Below are positions 1-9,736 of a stretch of 64,000 nucleotides of DNA, piece after piece. Numbering within the stretch: the first letter of the stretch is position 1; every line of letters starts with the position of its first letter. This stretch comes from a virus. Its lineage: Duplodnaviria > Caudoviricetes. Location of the stretch: IMG/VR virus record IMGVR_UViG_3300027764_000001, positions 1,302 to 65,301 of that record; one strand, written 5' to 3'. The position numbers and the translations under genes were made by a program. The notes under the pieces were generated by a model. The model did not search any database, had not been told where the DNA came from, and saw nothing but the letters and a program-made list of their open reading frames with translations.

Positions 1-8
1 AAGAAACA

Positions 9-353
9 ATGGATTTTAAAAGTAAAAATAGCCCGATAAAACAAAGTATCGTAGATCCTTCTATGGTAAGACAAAACAGTATGGATCCTACACAAAATCC
101 ATATAGTCAAATAAAAACAGTTCAACCTGGTATGCAATATAATGGTATTAGTCCAAAAGCTATGAGTAATCAGAACACAATACAAAACGTAATGGGTTCA
201 CCAATGGCAAATACTCCATTTATGCAAATGACAGACCCTTTAACAGGTCAACCAATAGATCCTACTATGGATCAATCACCAGATCAACCAGTTCCACCAC
301 CAGCAGGTGTTCAGACAAGTGTTACACCAGGTTACGATTTAAACAATTACTAA
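9..353 (+). CDS. hypothetical Q/P/M-rich small protein
   Basis: ORF 114 aa in a co-oriented cluster; N-terminal NSPIKQ motif. Confidence 0.7.
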   Translation: MDFKSKNSPIKQSIVDPSMVRQNSMDPTQNPYSQIKTVQPGMQYNGISPKAMSNQNTIQNVMGSPMANTPFMQMTDPLTGQPIDPTMDQSPDQPVPPPAGVQTSVTPGYDLNNY

Positions 354-370
354 TAGTAAAATAAATAAAA

Positions 371-592
371 ATGAATATAAACGAAACAAAACACCCTACT
401 ACTGTTTTTGATAAAGAGGCAAAGATGTCAGGCGTTGGAGCAAATGCTCTTTGGAACGGTCCTTTTGATACAACTGGTTATCCAAAAGGTCAAGGATCTA
501 GTTCTGGTAAAAACGGAATTAAACTTAGATTTGCTGACCCAAAAGAATGCGGATGTGGTATGCCTATCACTTCTAGAGCAAAAATGAGATAA
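371..592 (+). CDS. hypothetical protein
   Basis: ORF 73 aa, A-rich leader, tight spacing to the next gene. Confidence 0.65.
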   Translation: MNINETKHPTTVFDKEAKMSGVGANALWNGPFDTTGYPKGQGSSSGKNGIKLRFADPKECGCGMPITSRAKMR

Positions 593-594
593 TA

Positions 595-1017
595 ATGTCT
601 TTAGGTATTATAAACAAAAATACTAGTTCTCCTTTCATGTTGAGAAGAAGTATTGTAGATCAAGGAGGTCAAGGTGGTGCTTACGAATCTGGTGGTTTTA
701 ATCCTGAAGAAAGTTATTCTGATGGAGGAACTGCTAACGCGATAGCTGCTTTAGGTAATACTATTGGTGCTGGTTTAGCTGCTAGAACAGCTGGGGACGA
801 AAATAAAGATAATTTATCTACTTCTAAAAGATTAGAAAAGAAATCAAAAAGAATTAGTGATAAAGTAATTAGTTCAGATACTAGTGAAGACAAGAAAAAA
901 AGACTAGATAAAAGACTAGGTAATGTAGGTGAAAAACAAGTAAAAGTAAAATCTAAAATAGATAAATACAACGAAATGGTAAAACCTACTTTAACTTCTG
1001 ATTTAAAAAAGATATAA
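595..1017 (+). CDS. hypothetical basic protein
   Basis: ORF 140 aa; SSPFML motif, Lys-rich C-terminus. Confidence 0.7.
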   Translation: MSLGIINKNTSSPFMLRRSIVDQGGQGGAYESGGFNPEESYSDGGTANAIAALGNTIGAGLAARTAGDENKDNLSTSKRLEKKSKRISDKVISSDTSEDKKKRLDKRLGNVGEKQVKVKSKIDKYNEMVKPTLTSDLKKI

Positions 1018-1020
1018 ATT

Positions 1021-1353
1021 ATGGCTTTTAAAATGTCTGGTCCTCCTTACAATGTTGACAATACTCCTATATATAGTATGGATATGGACGATAACGTTTT
1101 AGGAATGGCTCAATCAAACGGTACTATATTAGTTAACAAGAACGTATCTCCTTTAGAATTAAAGAAAAATCATACTATATCACATGAGAAAGTTCACATC
1201 GATCAAATGAAGAGAGGTGATTTAGACTATGATGATCAGAATGTTACTTGGAAAGGTAAGAAATATCCAAGATCTAAAATGAAAGAAGGTGATAAAAAAT
1301 TACCTTGGGAAATGGAAGCTTACGCAAAACAAGGTAAAAAAGTTAAAAAGTAA
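1021..1353 (+). CDS. small zincin-like metallopeptidase-fold protein
   Basis: HEKVH (HExxH) preceded by LGMAQSNGTILVN, downstream PWEMEAY. Confidence 0.6.
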   Translation: MAFKMSGPPYNVDNTPIYSMDMDDNVLGMAQSNGTILVNKNVSPLELKKNHTISHEKVHIDQMKRGDLDYDDQNVTWKGKKYPRSKMKEGDKKLPWEMEAYAKQGKKVKK

Positions 1354-1361
1354 ATAATACA

Positions 1362-1375
1362 TGTGATATATATAT
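1362..1375 (+). promoter_or_regulatory. putative phage middle/late promoter motif (GTGAT[A/T]A)
   Basis: TGTGATATATATAT in the intergenic region before 1406; similar motif at 19625, 43256(-), 54391, 62900. Confidence 0.45.
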
Positions 1376-1405
1376 TAATACTAATCTAATTAAATTTATA
1401 TCATT

Positions 1406-1771
1406 ATGAAAAAACTTATTTTAATTTTAGCGTTTGGATTATTTAATTTAAACACGTTTGCACAAGAAGAAATTAATACATTACAACTTATAGGTTGGTG
1501 GACGCCGGATAAACCGTCTGCACATTTATTCTTTTGGGAAACACCTGCGGGTGAATTAAAGGTTCAACAGATAAGTAGTACAACAGGAGAAAGTTTTATA
1601 AATAGAGATTTTAGAATTAATTTAGAATCTATATTTATTAAATCAAGTATCAAGGAAGAAGATAAAGCGTTAAACTATTATGTGATGTTAGAAAACGGAA
1701 CTATGGAATGCACTTCAACAAACTGTTATACTAATAAAGTTACAAAAATAATATATACAAAAACAAGATAA
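1406..1771 (+). CDS. secreted/periplasmic protein with Sec signal peptide
   Basis: MKKLILILAFGLFNLNTFA-QEE signal-peptide pattern. Confidence 0.7.
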   Translation: MKKLILILAFGLFNLNTFAQEEINTLQLIGWWTPDKPSAHLFFWETPAGELKVQQISSTTGESFINRDFRINLESIFIKSSIKEEDKALNYYVMLENGTMECTSTNCYTNKVTKIIYTKTR

Positions 1772-1798
1772 CAATTAACCTAAAACAAAACAAACAAA

Positions 1799-2326
1799 AT
1801 GGCATACAAACAAACACCAGGAAGAGGAAACGGTATGAAAACTGGTTCAGGACTTAGTTCTGCTTTATTACAAGCTAAGAAAAGAGAATCAGGAGTTACA
1901 CCTGAAAGAATAGAAGCGGCTCAAAAAGCTGTTAAATCTTACAAAAGCAACAGAGGTTTATCTGAAAGAGATTTACAGATAGAAGGAGGAGCGGCTATGG
2001 ATAGTATTATAGCTAGAAGAGATGCTGGAGATACTTATTCTAAAAGAGAACTAGCTAAAATTGGTAACAAAGCAGCTAATAGAACTCGTAAAGAAAGCGG
2101 AGCAACTACCACTGTTAAGAAAACTCAAGTAGAAGGTAAAAAAGGTTTTGAGGATAAATATACTAGAACTCCTGCTAAGCAGATGTCAAAACTTAAATCT
2201 GGTAAATCTCCAGCAAAGCAAATGTCTAAAATGCCAGCTAAAAAAGTTTCTGCTACAATTACAACTGAGAGAACAATTGCTCCTAAAGCTAGTAAAAAAG
2301 CTCCAATGAAAATGAAAAAATGCTAA
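1799..2326 (+). CDS. hypothetical highly basic protein
   Basis: 175 aa, K/A/R-rich, (T/S)PAKQM repeats. Confidence 0.75.
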   Translation: MAYKQTPGRGNGMKTGSGLSSALLQAKKRESGVTPERIEAAQKAVKSYKSNRGLSERDLQIEGGAAMDSIIARRDAGDTYSKRELAKIGNKAANRTRKESGATTTVKKTQVEGKKGFEDKYTRTPAKQMSKLKSGKSPAKQMSKMPAKKVSATITTERTIAPKASKKAPMKMKKC

Positions 2327-2581
2327 ATGAAAAATATATCTACAAAAGGTTATAAAAGAAATAGTCCTGATAAAGACAACTCTTACAATATTATACCAAG
2401 CGGAGATATAACTATGGAAGATGTAGATTTTCCGGTATTAGGCATAGATAATAAAGGTAATAAAAAAATAATGAAACCAGGGAAGAATTACAAGTTCCCT
2501 GGTAACGTTGTTTTAGAAATACCCATGAAGAAACAAAGTTTATATAATAGAATATTTAAAAAAATAGCAGGTGGGAGGTAA
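2327..2581 (+). CDS. hypothetical protein
   Basis: ORF 84 aa abutting the previous stop; 3' end overlaps the tRNA-like gene. Confidence 0.7.
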   Translation: MKNISTKGYKRNSPDKDNSYNIIPSGDITMEDVDFPVLGIDNKGNKKIMKPGKNYKFPGNVVLEIPMKKQSLYNRIFKKIAGGR

Positions 2582-2638
2582 GGTATCTCACGAGTCTCAT
2601 AAGCTCGCTTAAGCTGGTTCGACTCCAGTACGTTGCTA
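2566..2638 (+). tRNA. tRNA-Met(CAU)-like gene with a bulged acceptor stem
   Basis: D-stem GAGG/TCTC, anticodon arm CGAGT-CTCATAA-GCTCG, T-arm GCTGG-TTCGACT-CCAGT, acceptor AGCAGGT/ACGTTGCT with one extra nt. Confidence 0.7.
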
Positions 2639-2660
2639 CTAAACAATAAAATTAAATAAA

Positions 2661-2918
2661 ATGAAAAAAGCAAAAGCAAAACAAATTAAGAAAGAACAAT
2701 TAGAAAAAATTGTATCACAACAAAAAGATTTAGGAACATTGTTAACAAACTTAGGTGTATTAGAAGCTCAAAAGCATTCTATATTACACCAGGTTGCTGA
2801 TCTTAACAAAGACATCGAAGATTTTAAAGGTGTTTTAGAATCTGAATATGGAGCTATCAATATTAATTTAGAAGATGGTAGTTACGAAGATATTGAAACA
2901 CCACCAACTGATGACTAA
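2661..2918 (+). CDS. hypothetical coiled-coil protein
   Basis: ORF 85 aa with heptad pattern. Confidence 0.7.
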   Translation: MKKAKAKQIKKEQLEKIVSQQKDLGTLLTNLGVLEAQKHSILHQVADLNKDIEDFKGVLESEYGAININLEDGSYEDIETPPTDD

Positions 2919-3141
2919 TAATGTTATAAGAAAGATAAGCATTGGTGCAGATTATAAAAATGAAGCAATGCATTATTCTATAGGACAATCTGTTTATGGA
3001 GGTCATGAAATTGCTTATATTAAATTAGACAATGAAGATCATTCGTATAACATATATATAAAAAAAGGAGATGAAGTAATGCCGTGGAAGAAGTTTAATT
3101 CTAACATGGCTATATCTGTTGAATATGATTTAGAATACTAA
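2875..3141 (+). CDS. hypothetical protein (true start possibly the second Met)
   Basis: ORF 88 aa; TAATG overlap with the next gene. Confidence 0.7.
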   Translation: MVVTKILKHHQLMTNNVIRKISIGADYKNEAMHYSIGQSVYGGHEIAYIKLDNEDHSYNIYIKKGDEVMPWKKFNSNMAISVEYDLEY

Positions 3142-3752
3142 TGAGAAGTGTATTTGATTTTATCGTAAAGCCGATAGGTGATAGATACGATAATAAAATT
3201 GACGTAGAAGGAAAAGAACTTATACTAAATACAAAAATAGAAAGTTTTAAATCTGTGAATAATTTAGCGGAGGTTGTTGCAATCCCGCTAGCTTATTCTA
3301 CTAATATAAAAGTAGGTGACAAGGTTATAATACATCATAATGTTTTTAGAAGATTCTATGACATTAGAGGTAATCAAAAAAACAGTAGATCTTACTTTAT
3401 GAATGATTTGTACTTTTGTGGTGCAGATCAAATATATTTATATAAAACACAAAATGAAAAATGGAAGTCATTTGGAGATAGATGTTTTATAAAACCACTT
3501 AAGAATACAGACTATTTAAGCTTACAAAAAGAGCAGAACCTTATTGGTATACTAAAATATGGAAACAGCACCTTAGATGAGCTTAAAATAAGCGAGGGAG
3601 ACTTAGTCGGATATACTCCATTTGGAGAGTTTGATTTTATAGTTGACGGACAAAGATTGTATTGTATGAAATCTAATGATATTGTAATTAAATATGAATA
3701 TAAAGGAAACGAAACAGAATATAATCCTAGCTGGGCACAAAGCAGTACTTGA
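3141..3752 (+). CDS. groES: co-chaperonin GroES-like protein, two tandem GroES-type units
   Basis: Two units: FIVKP...AEVVAIP...IKVGDKVII and DRCFIKP...GILKYG...ISEGDLVGY; GroEL present in the same genome. Confidence 0.6.
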   Translation: MRSVFDFIVKPIGDRYDNKIDVEGKELILNTKIESFKSVNNLAEVVAIPLAYSTNIKVGDKVIIHHNVFRRFYDIRGNQKNSRSYFMNDLYFCGADQIYLYKTQNEKWKSFGDRCFIKPLKNTDYLSLQKEQNLIGILKYGNSTLDELKISEGDLVGYTPFGEFDFIVDGQRLYCMKSNDIVIKYEYKGNETEYNPSWAQSST

Positions 3753-3969
3753 GTTAATAAAAGTTGCTGAAGAAGCTATTATAGAAAATGGTGAAGATGA
3801 TTTATCTGCTGATAAATTAAAAAATGCGGCAGCAACTAAAAAACTAGCTATATTTGACGCTTTTGAAATATTAAGTAGAATACAAGAAGAAGAAAAACTA
3901 TTAATTGATGTTGAAAAAGAAACTGAGACTAAAGTTTTTAAAGGTTTTGCAGAAGGGAGATCTAAGTAA
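3694..3969 (+). CDS. helical protein upstream of TerL (possible terminase small subunit)
   Basis: 91 aa, TAATG-coupled to TerL. Confidence 0.4.
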   Translation: MNIKETKQNIILAGHKAVLELIKVAEEAIIENGEDDLSADKLKNAAATKKLAIFDAFEILSRIQEEEKLLIDVEKETETKVFKGFAEGRSK

Positions 3970-6191
3970 TGTACGAGCAAAGTTTATACAAAATAGTAGA
4001 TGCTCATATAAAACCTAGCGTTTTAAAACAAAACAACCGTCTTAAAAAATGGAAATATGGGTATGATAAGGATTATGACATGGTTGTTATTAGTAAGACT
4101 GGAAAGATTGGTGAGATACTTGAAATCCAAGACTTAAAAATAGCATTACCATTAGCAGAAGATACTTACTCTAGATCTAATAAAAAAGAAGATCAATATT
4201 GGGAACAAATGGAGTTTCCAAAAGAAATAAGTAAAATAAAAAGCACATTCGATTGGAATAGACAACCAGAGGTTTTTAAAGACAGATGGTATGACTATAT
4301 AGACAATGAGTTTAAATACAGAGAAGAAGGTTTATTCTTTTTTAATAACGGAAAACCTACTTATATAACAGGCACACATTACATGTACTTACAATGGAGC
4401 AAGATAGATATTGGTGCTCCAGATTACAGAGAATCAAACAGATTGTTTTTTATATTCTGGGAAGCTTGCAAAGCAGACCCAAGATGTTATGGTATGTGTT
4501 ACCTTAAAAACAGACGTTCTGGATTTTCTTTTATGTCTTCTTCAGAACTAGTAAACTTAGCGACTATATCTAGTGATTCTAGATTTGGTATTCTATCAAA
4601 GTCTGGAGCAGATGCTAAGAAAATGTTTACAGATAAAGTAGTTCCAATCTCAATTAATTATCCTTTCTTTTTTAAACCTATCCAAGATGGTATGGATAGA
4701 CCTAAAACAGAATTAGCATATAGGATTCCAGCATCGAAACTAACAAGACGAAAGTTAGATTCTAATGAAACGTTAGAAGAACTTGAAGGATTAGATACTA
4801 CGATTGACTGGAAAAATACTGGAGACAATAGTTATGATGGTGAAAAATTAAAACTATTAGTACATGATGAAAGTGGTAAATGGGAGAGACCAGATAATAT
4901 ATTAAATAACTGGCGTGTTACTAAAACAACGCTTCGATTAGGTAGTAGAATTATTGGTAAATGCATGATGGGTTCTACTTCTAACGCTTTAGACAAAGGT
5001 GGTGACAATTTTAAAAAATTATACTATAACTCTGATGTTAGAAAAAGAAACCGCAATGGACAGACTAGTTCAGGATTATATAGTTTGTTTATACCTATGG
5101 AGTGGTCCTACGAGGGATTCATTGATACTTATGGGTTACCTGTATTCGATAGTCCAGAAAAACCAGTTAAAGGCGTAGATGGTAACTATATAGAATATGG
5201 TGTTATAGAACATTGGCAAAATGAAGTAGATGGTTTAAAATCTGATCAAGACGGTTTAAACGAATACTACAGACAGTTTCCAAGAACAGAACAACACGCA
5301 TTTAGAGATGAAGCAAAACAATCTTTGTTTAATCTTACAAAAATATACGAACAAATAGATTATAATGAAGACTTAAGAAACACTAATGTTGTAACAAGAG
5401 GTAGTTTCCAATGGGAGAACGGTATACAAGATACAAGAGTTATATTCTATCCAAACAAAGATGGTAGATTTTTAGTCTCTTGGATTCCTCCAGTACATCT
5501 TCAGAATAATATTTTATATAAAAATGGAGTTAAATATCCAGGTAACGAGCATTGTGGTGCTTTTGGATGTGACTCTTACGATATATCAGGAACAGTAGAC
5601 GGAAAAGGATCTAATGGTGCTTTAAGCGGTTTAACTAAGTTTTCAATGGAAGATGTTCCACCAAGTAGTTTCTTTTTAGAATATATAGCTAGACCACAAA
5701 CTGCTGAGATATTCTTTGAAGAAGTATTAATGGCATGCGTGTTTTATGGTATGCCAATATTAGCAGAGAATAATAAACCTAGATTACTTTTTCATTTTAA
5801 AAGAAGAGGTTATAGAGGTTACTCAATGAACAGGCCAGACAAAACTTGGAATAATTTATCAGTAACAGAAAAAGATATTGGAGGTATTCCAAACTCAAGT
5901 AAAGATGTTATACAAGCACACGCTGCTGCAATAGAATCTTACATAGAAGAATTTGTTGGATTAAAAGAAACAGGGTATGGTGATATGTATTTTAATAAAA
6001 CATTAAACGACTGGGCTAGATTTAACATAAACGATAGAACAAAATTTGATGCTTCTATTAGTTCTGGTTTAGCAATAATGGCATGTAACAAACATAAATA
6101 CACTCCATCTGCTCCTTCTATTCAAAGAGTTTATGATTTAGGAATTAAGAAATATGATAACACAGGTTCTTCATCAAAAATAAATAAGTAA
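3969..6191 (+). CDS. terL: terminase large subunit
   Basis: Walker A-like KNRRSGFS, Walker B LLVHDESGK, MGST motif, RNase H-like FGCDSYD and FDASISSGLA; precedes the portal. Confidence 0.9.
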   Translation: MYEQSLYKIVDAHIKPSVLKQNNRLKKWKYGYDKDYDMVVISKTGKIGEILEIQDLKIALPLAEDTYSRSNKKEDQYWEQMEFPKEISKIKSTFDWNRQPEVFKDRWYDYIDNEFKYREEGLFFFNNGKPTYITGTHYMYLQWSKIDIGAPDYRESNRLFFIFWEACKADPRCYGMCYLKNRRSGFSFMSSSELVNLATISSDSRFGILSKSGADAKKMFTDKVVPISINYPFFFKPIQDGMDRPKTELAYRIPASKLTRRKLDSNETLEELEGLDTTIDWKNTGDNSYDGEKLKLLVHDESGKWERPDNILNNWRVTKTTLRLGSRIIGKCMMGSTSNALDKGGDNFKKLYYNSDVRKRNRNGQTSSGLYSLFIPMEWSYEGFIDTYGLPVFDSPEKPVKGVDGNYIEYGVIEHWQNEVDGLKSDQDGLNEYYRQFPRTEQHAFRDEAKQSLFNLTKIYEQIDYNEDLRNTNVVTRGSFQWENGIQDTRVIFYPNKDGRFLVSWIPPVHLQNNILYKNGVKYPGNEHCGAFGCDSYDISGTVDGKGSNGALSGLTKFSMEDVPPSSFFLEYIARPQTAEIFFEEVLMACVFYGMPILAENNKPRLLFHFKRRGYRGYSMNRPDKTWNNLSVTEKDIGGIPNSSKDVIQAHAAAIESYIEEFVGLKETGYGDMYFNKTLNDWARFNINDRTKFDASISSGLAIMACNKHKYTPSAPSIQRVYDLGIKKYDNTGSSSKINK

Positions 6192-8585
6192 ATGAAAGTA
6201 TACACAAATACAAATAGTGCATTCCCAAGTCAGGTAGTACCTGATTCTGTAAAGGCTTCGGAAGAATACGGTCTGCAAGTCTCTCGCGCTATAGAACAAG
6301 AATGGTTTGATCAAGGTAGAACTACACAGAACAGATACTCTTCTAATTGGAATAACTTTCATCAATTAAGATTATACGCAAGAGGAGAACAATCTGTACA
6401 AAAATATAAAGATGAACTATCTATAAACGGTGATTTATCTTATTTAAACATCGACTGGAAACCAGTTCCTGTTGTATCTAAATTTGTAGATATAGTTGTT
6501 AATGGAATGTCTCAAAAGACTTACGATATAAAAGCATACGCACAAGATCCAGAATCTTTAAAAGCAAGAACTTCTTACGCTCAGTCTATATTAAGAGATA
6601 TGTATTCTCAAGATTTAATAAACACAGCAAAAGAATTAACAGGAAAAGACTTTAATGCTTCTCCTCTTCCACAAGACGAGTTACCAGAAACAAAAGAAGA
6701 ATTAGACCTACACATGCAATTGTCTTATAAGCAATCTATAGAGATAGCTGAAGAAGAAGCAATAAACAACGTTCTAGCTGCTAATAAATGGGATTTAACT
6801 AGAAGAAGATTAAACTACGATTTAACTGTATTAGGTATTGCTTGTGTTAAAACAAGTTTTAATGTTAGTGAAGGAATACAAACAGAATATGTTGATCCAG
6901 CTTATTTAGTTTATTCTTACACAGAAGATCCAAACTTTGAAGATATTTATTATGTTGGAGAAGTTAAAGCAGTCACGATACCTGAATTAAAGAAACAATT
7001 CCCACGCTTATCAGAAGAAGAGTTGTACAAAATACAACAAATGCCAGGTAATAGACAATATATAACTGGTTGGGGTAATTATGATGAAAACACTGTTCAA
7101 GTTTTGTATTTTGAATACAAGACATATATGAATCAAGTGTTTAAAATAAAACAAGGTGAAAACGGCTTAGAAAAAGCTATTGAAAAAACAGATGATTTTA
7201 ATCCACCACCAAACGATAACTTTGAAAGAGTATCAAGAACTATAGAAGTATTATATACTGGAGCCAAAATATTAGGTACAGACATGATGATAGAATGGAA
7301 ACTATCTGAAAATATGACAAGACCTTATGCTGATACTACTAAGGTAGAAATGAATTATGTTATATGTGCTCCTAGAATGTACAAAGGAAGAGTTGATTCT
7401 TTAGTTAATAGAATAACTGGTTTCGCAGATATGATTCAATTGACACATTTAAAACTACAGCAAGTTATGTCTAGAATAATACCTGATGGTGTTTTCTTAG
7501 ATGTTGATGGTTTAGCTGAAGTTGATTTAGGTAACGGTACTAATTATAATCCAGCAGAAGCACTTAACATGTATTTCCAAACTGGTAGTATAGTTGGTAG
7601 GTCAATGTCACAAGATGGTGGTTTAAACCAAGGAAAAGTACCTATTCAAGAATTGTCTAGTTCTTCTGGTCAAGCAAAAATAGCAGCGCTTATACAAACT
7701 TATCAGTATTACTTACAAATGATAAGAGACGTAACCGGGTTGAATGAAGCAAGAGATGGAAGTGCTCCAGAAAGAGATGCACTAGTAGGTATTCAAAAGA
7801 TGGCCGCTAACGCGTCAAACACAGCTACTAAACACATTTTGCAAGCTAGTATGTATTTAACTCTTAGAGCGTGTGAGAACATATCTCTTAGAATTGCTGA
7901 TTGTTTAGATTTTCCACTTACAGCAAAAGTTTTAGAACAAAGTATAACAACATATAACGCATCTACATTAAAAGAAATAAAAAGTTTAAATCTTCATGAT
8001 TTTGGTATATATTTAGAATTAGAACCAGACGAAGAAGAGAAAATGATGCTAGAGCAAAACATACAAGTTGCTTTACAAAGTGGTACTATAGATTTAGATG
8101 ACGCTATTGACATAAGGCAAATAAAGAACTTAAAACTAGCTAATCAACTTTTAAAACTTAGAAAAACTAAGAAACAGAAGATGGTACAAGAGCAACAAAT
8201 GGCAAACATAAACGCTCAAGCTCAAGCTAATCAACAAACAGCACAACAAACAGCATTGTTTGAAGTTCAAAAACAACAAGCATTAACACAAGAAACAATA
8301 AACGTAGAAAGAGCAAAAGCTAATTTTGCAATTGAAAAACTACAAACAGAAATGCAATTAAAGCAACAACTGTTAGAACAAGAGTTTCAATATAACATGC
8401 AATTAGCTCAATTAGACTCTCAAACAAAATCACAAGGATTACAATTAGCAGAAGACAGGAAAGATGCTAGAACTAAAATACAAGCAACACAACAGTCTGA
8501 GTTAATAAATCAAAGAAATACAAACTCTCTACCAACAAACTTTGAATCATCAGGGTTTAATGGATTAGAAGACTTTGCAATGTAA
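6192..8585 (+). CDS. portal protein
   Basis: 797 aa directly after TerL; long Q-rich C-terminal coiled coil (barrel), as in P22-like/crAss-like portals. Confidence 0.85.
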   Translation: MKVYTNTNSAFPSQVVPDSVKASEEYGLQVSRAIEQEWFDQGRTTQNRYSSNWNNFHQLRLYARGEQSVQKYKDELSINGDLSYLNIDWKPVPVVSKFVDIVVNGMSQKTYDIKAYAQDPESLKARTSYAQSILRDMYSQDLINTAKELTGKDFNASPLPQDELPETKEELDLHMQLSYKQSIEIAEEEAINNVLAANKWDLTRRRLNYDLTVLGIACVKTSFNVSEGIQTEYVDPAYLVYSYTEDPNFEDIYYVGEVKAVTIPELKKQFPRLSEEELYKIQQMPGNRQYITGWGNYDENTVQVLYFEYKTYMNQVFKIKQGENGLEKAIEKTDDFNPPPNDNFERVSRTIEVLYTGAKILGTDMMIEWKLSENMTRPYADTTKVEMNYVICAPRMYKGRVDSLVNRITGFADMIQLTHLKLQQVMSRIIPDGVFLDVDGLAEVDLGNGTNYNPAEALNMYFQTGSIVGRSMSQDGGLNQGKVPIQELSSSSGQAKIAALIQTYQYYLQMIRDVTGLNEARDGSAPERDALVGIQKMAANASNTATKHILQASMYLTLRACENISLRIADCLDFPLTAKVLEQSITTYNASTLKEIKSLNLHDFGIYLELEPDEEEKMMLEQNIQVALQSGTIDLDDAIDIRQIKNLKLANQLLKLRKTKKQKMVQEQQMANINAQAQANQQTAQQTALFEVQKQQALTQETINVERAKANFAIEKLQTEMQLKQQLLEQEFQYNMQLAQLDSQTKSQGLQLAEDRKDARTKIQATQQSELINQRNTNSLPTNFESSGFNGLEDFAM

Positions 8586-8615
8586 AAAAAACAAATTATT
8601 TAATTATATTATATT

Positions 8616-9725
8616 ATGTCAGAAATTATTAAACAAGAAGGAGATTTTAAAATCCAAAAAAGAAAACCAAAAAACTTAAATGTTACGCAAGAAGTAACTA
8701 AAGTTGATCTATCTGTTCCCGCTAAGGAAGCAGACGTAATTAAAGTTGTAATACCTAATGTTGCCGAAGAAGTTGTAGAACAAGTTCAAGAAGTAGTAGA
8801 ACAACAAGAAATTGTTACAATGGAAGAGATTACAAGCGAAGTTGTTGAAACTGTAGATCCGGTTTTAGAACCTATAGTAGAACCAGTAGTACCTCAGAAA
8901 GCATTACCAGAAAACATTGAAAAACTAGTGTCTTTTATGGAAGAAACTGGAGGTTCTGTTGAAGACTATGTTAGGTTAAATACAGATTATTCTAACGTTA
9001 ATGAATTAACATTATTAAAAGAATATTACACAAATACAAAAACTCATTTAGATAAAGAAGAAATTGATTTCTTAATAGAAGACAATTTTTCTTATGATGA
9101 GGATTTAGAAGAAGAGCGAGATATTAGAAAAAAGAAACTTGCTTTTAAAGAAGAAGTTGCTAAAGCCAAAAAACACTTAGAGACAATTAAAGATAAGTAC
9201 TATGATGAGATAAAACTCAAACCAGGTACGAATCAAGATCAAAAAGAAGCTTTTGACTTTTTCAACAGATACAAGAAGAACGAAGATGAATCTAAACAGA
9301 GACATGATAAGTTCAAGAATGAAACTAAAAACTTATTTGCTAACGATTTCAAAGGTTTTGAATACTCAGTTGGTGAAAAAAGATTTAGATATGGCATTCA
9401 GAACAATGATCAAGTAGCTGAAAAACAGTCTGATATTAACAATTTTATAGGGAAGTTCCTTGATAAAGATGGAAATGTTAATGATGCTGCAGGTTATCAC
9501 AAGGCTTTATATACCGCTATGAATTCAGATAAAATTGCTCAACATTTTTATGAGCAAGGAAAAGCTGATGCGGTTAAAGAAGTTGTTAGCGGATCTAAAA
9601 ACCAATCTATAAACCAACCAAGACAAGCGTCTGGTGAGGTTTTTGTAAATGGTTTAAAAGTTAAAGCTATCAGTGGTTTTGATTCTTCTAAATTAAGAAT
9701 ACAAACAAAGAAATTTAACAATTAA
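8616..9725 (+). CDS. putative scaffolding/head assembly protein
   Basis: E/V-rich N-terminal half, helical; lies between portal and capsid. Confidence 0.55.
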   Translation: MSEIIKQEGDFKIQKRKPKNLNVTQEVTKVDLSVPAKEADVIKVVIPNVAEEVVEQVQEVVEQQEIVTMEEITSEVVETVDPVLEPIVEPVVPQKALPENIEKLVSFMEETGGSVEDYVRLNTDYSNVNELTLLKEYYTNTKTHLDKEEIDFLIEDNFSYDEDLEEERDIRKKKLAFKEEVAKAKKHLETIKDKYYDEIKLKPGTNQDQKEAFDFFNRYKKNEDESKQRHDKFKNETKNLFANDFKGFEYSVGEKRFRYGIQNNDQVAEKQSDINNFIGKFLDKDGNVNDAAGYHKALYTAMNSDKIAQHFYEQGKADAVKEVVSGSKNQSINQPRQASGEVFVNGLKVKAISGFDSSKLRIQTKKFNN

Positions 9726-9736
9726 AAATTAAAATT

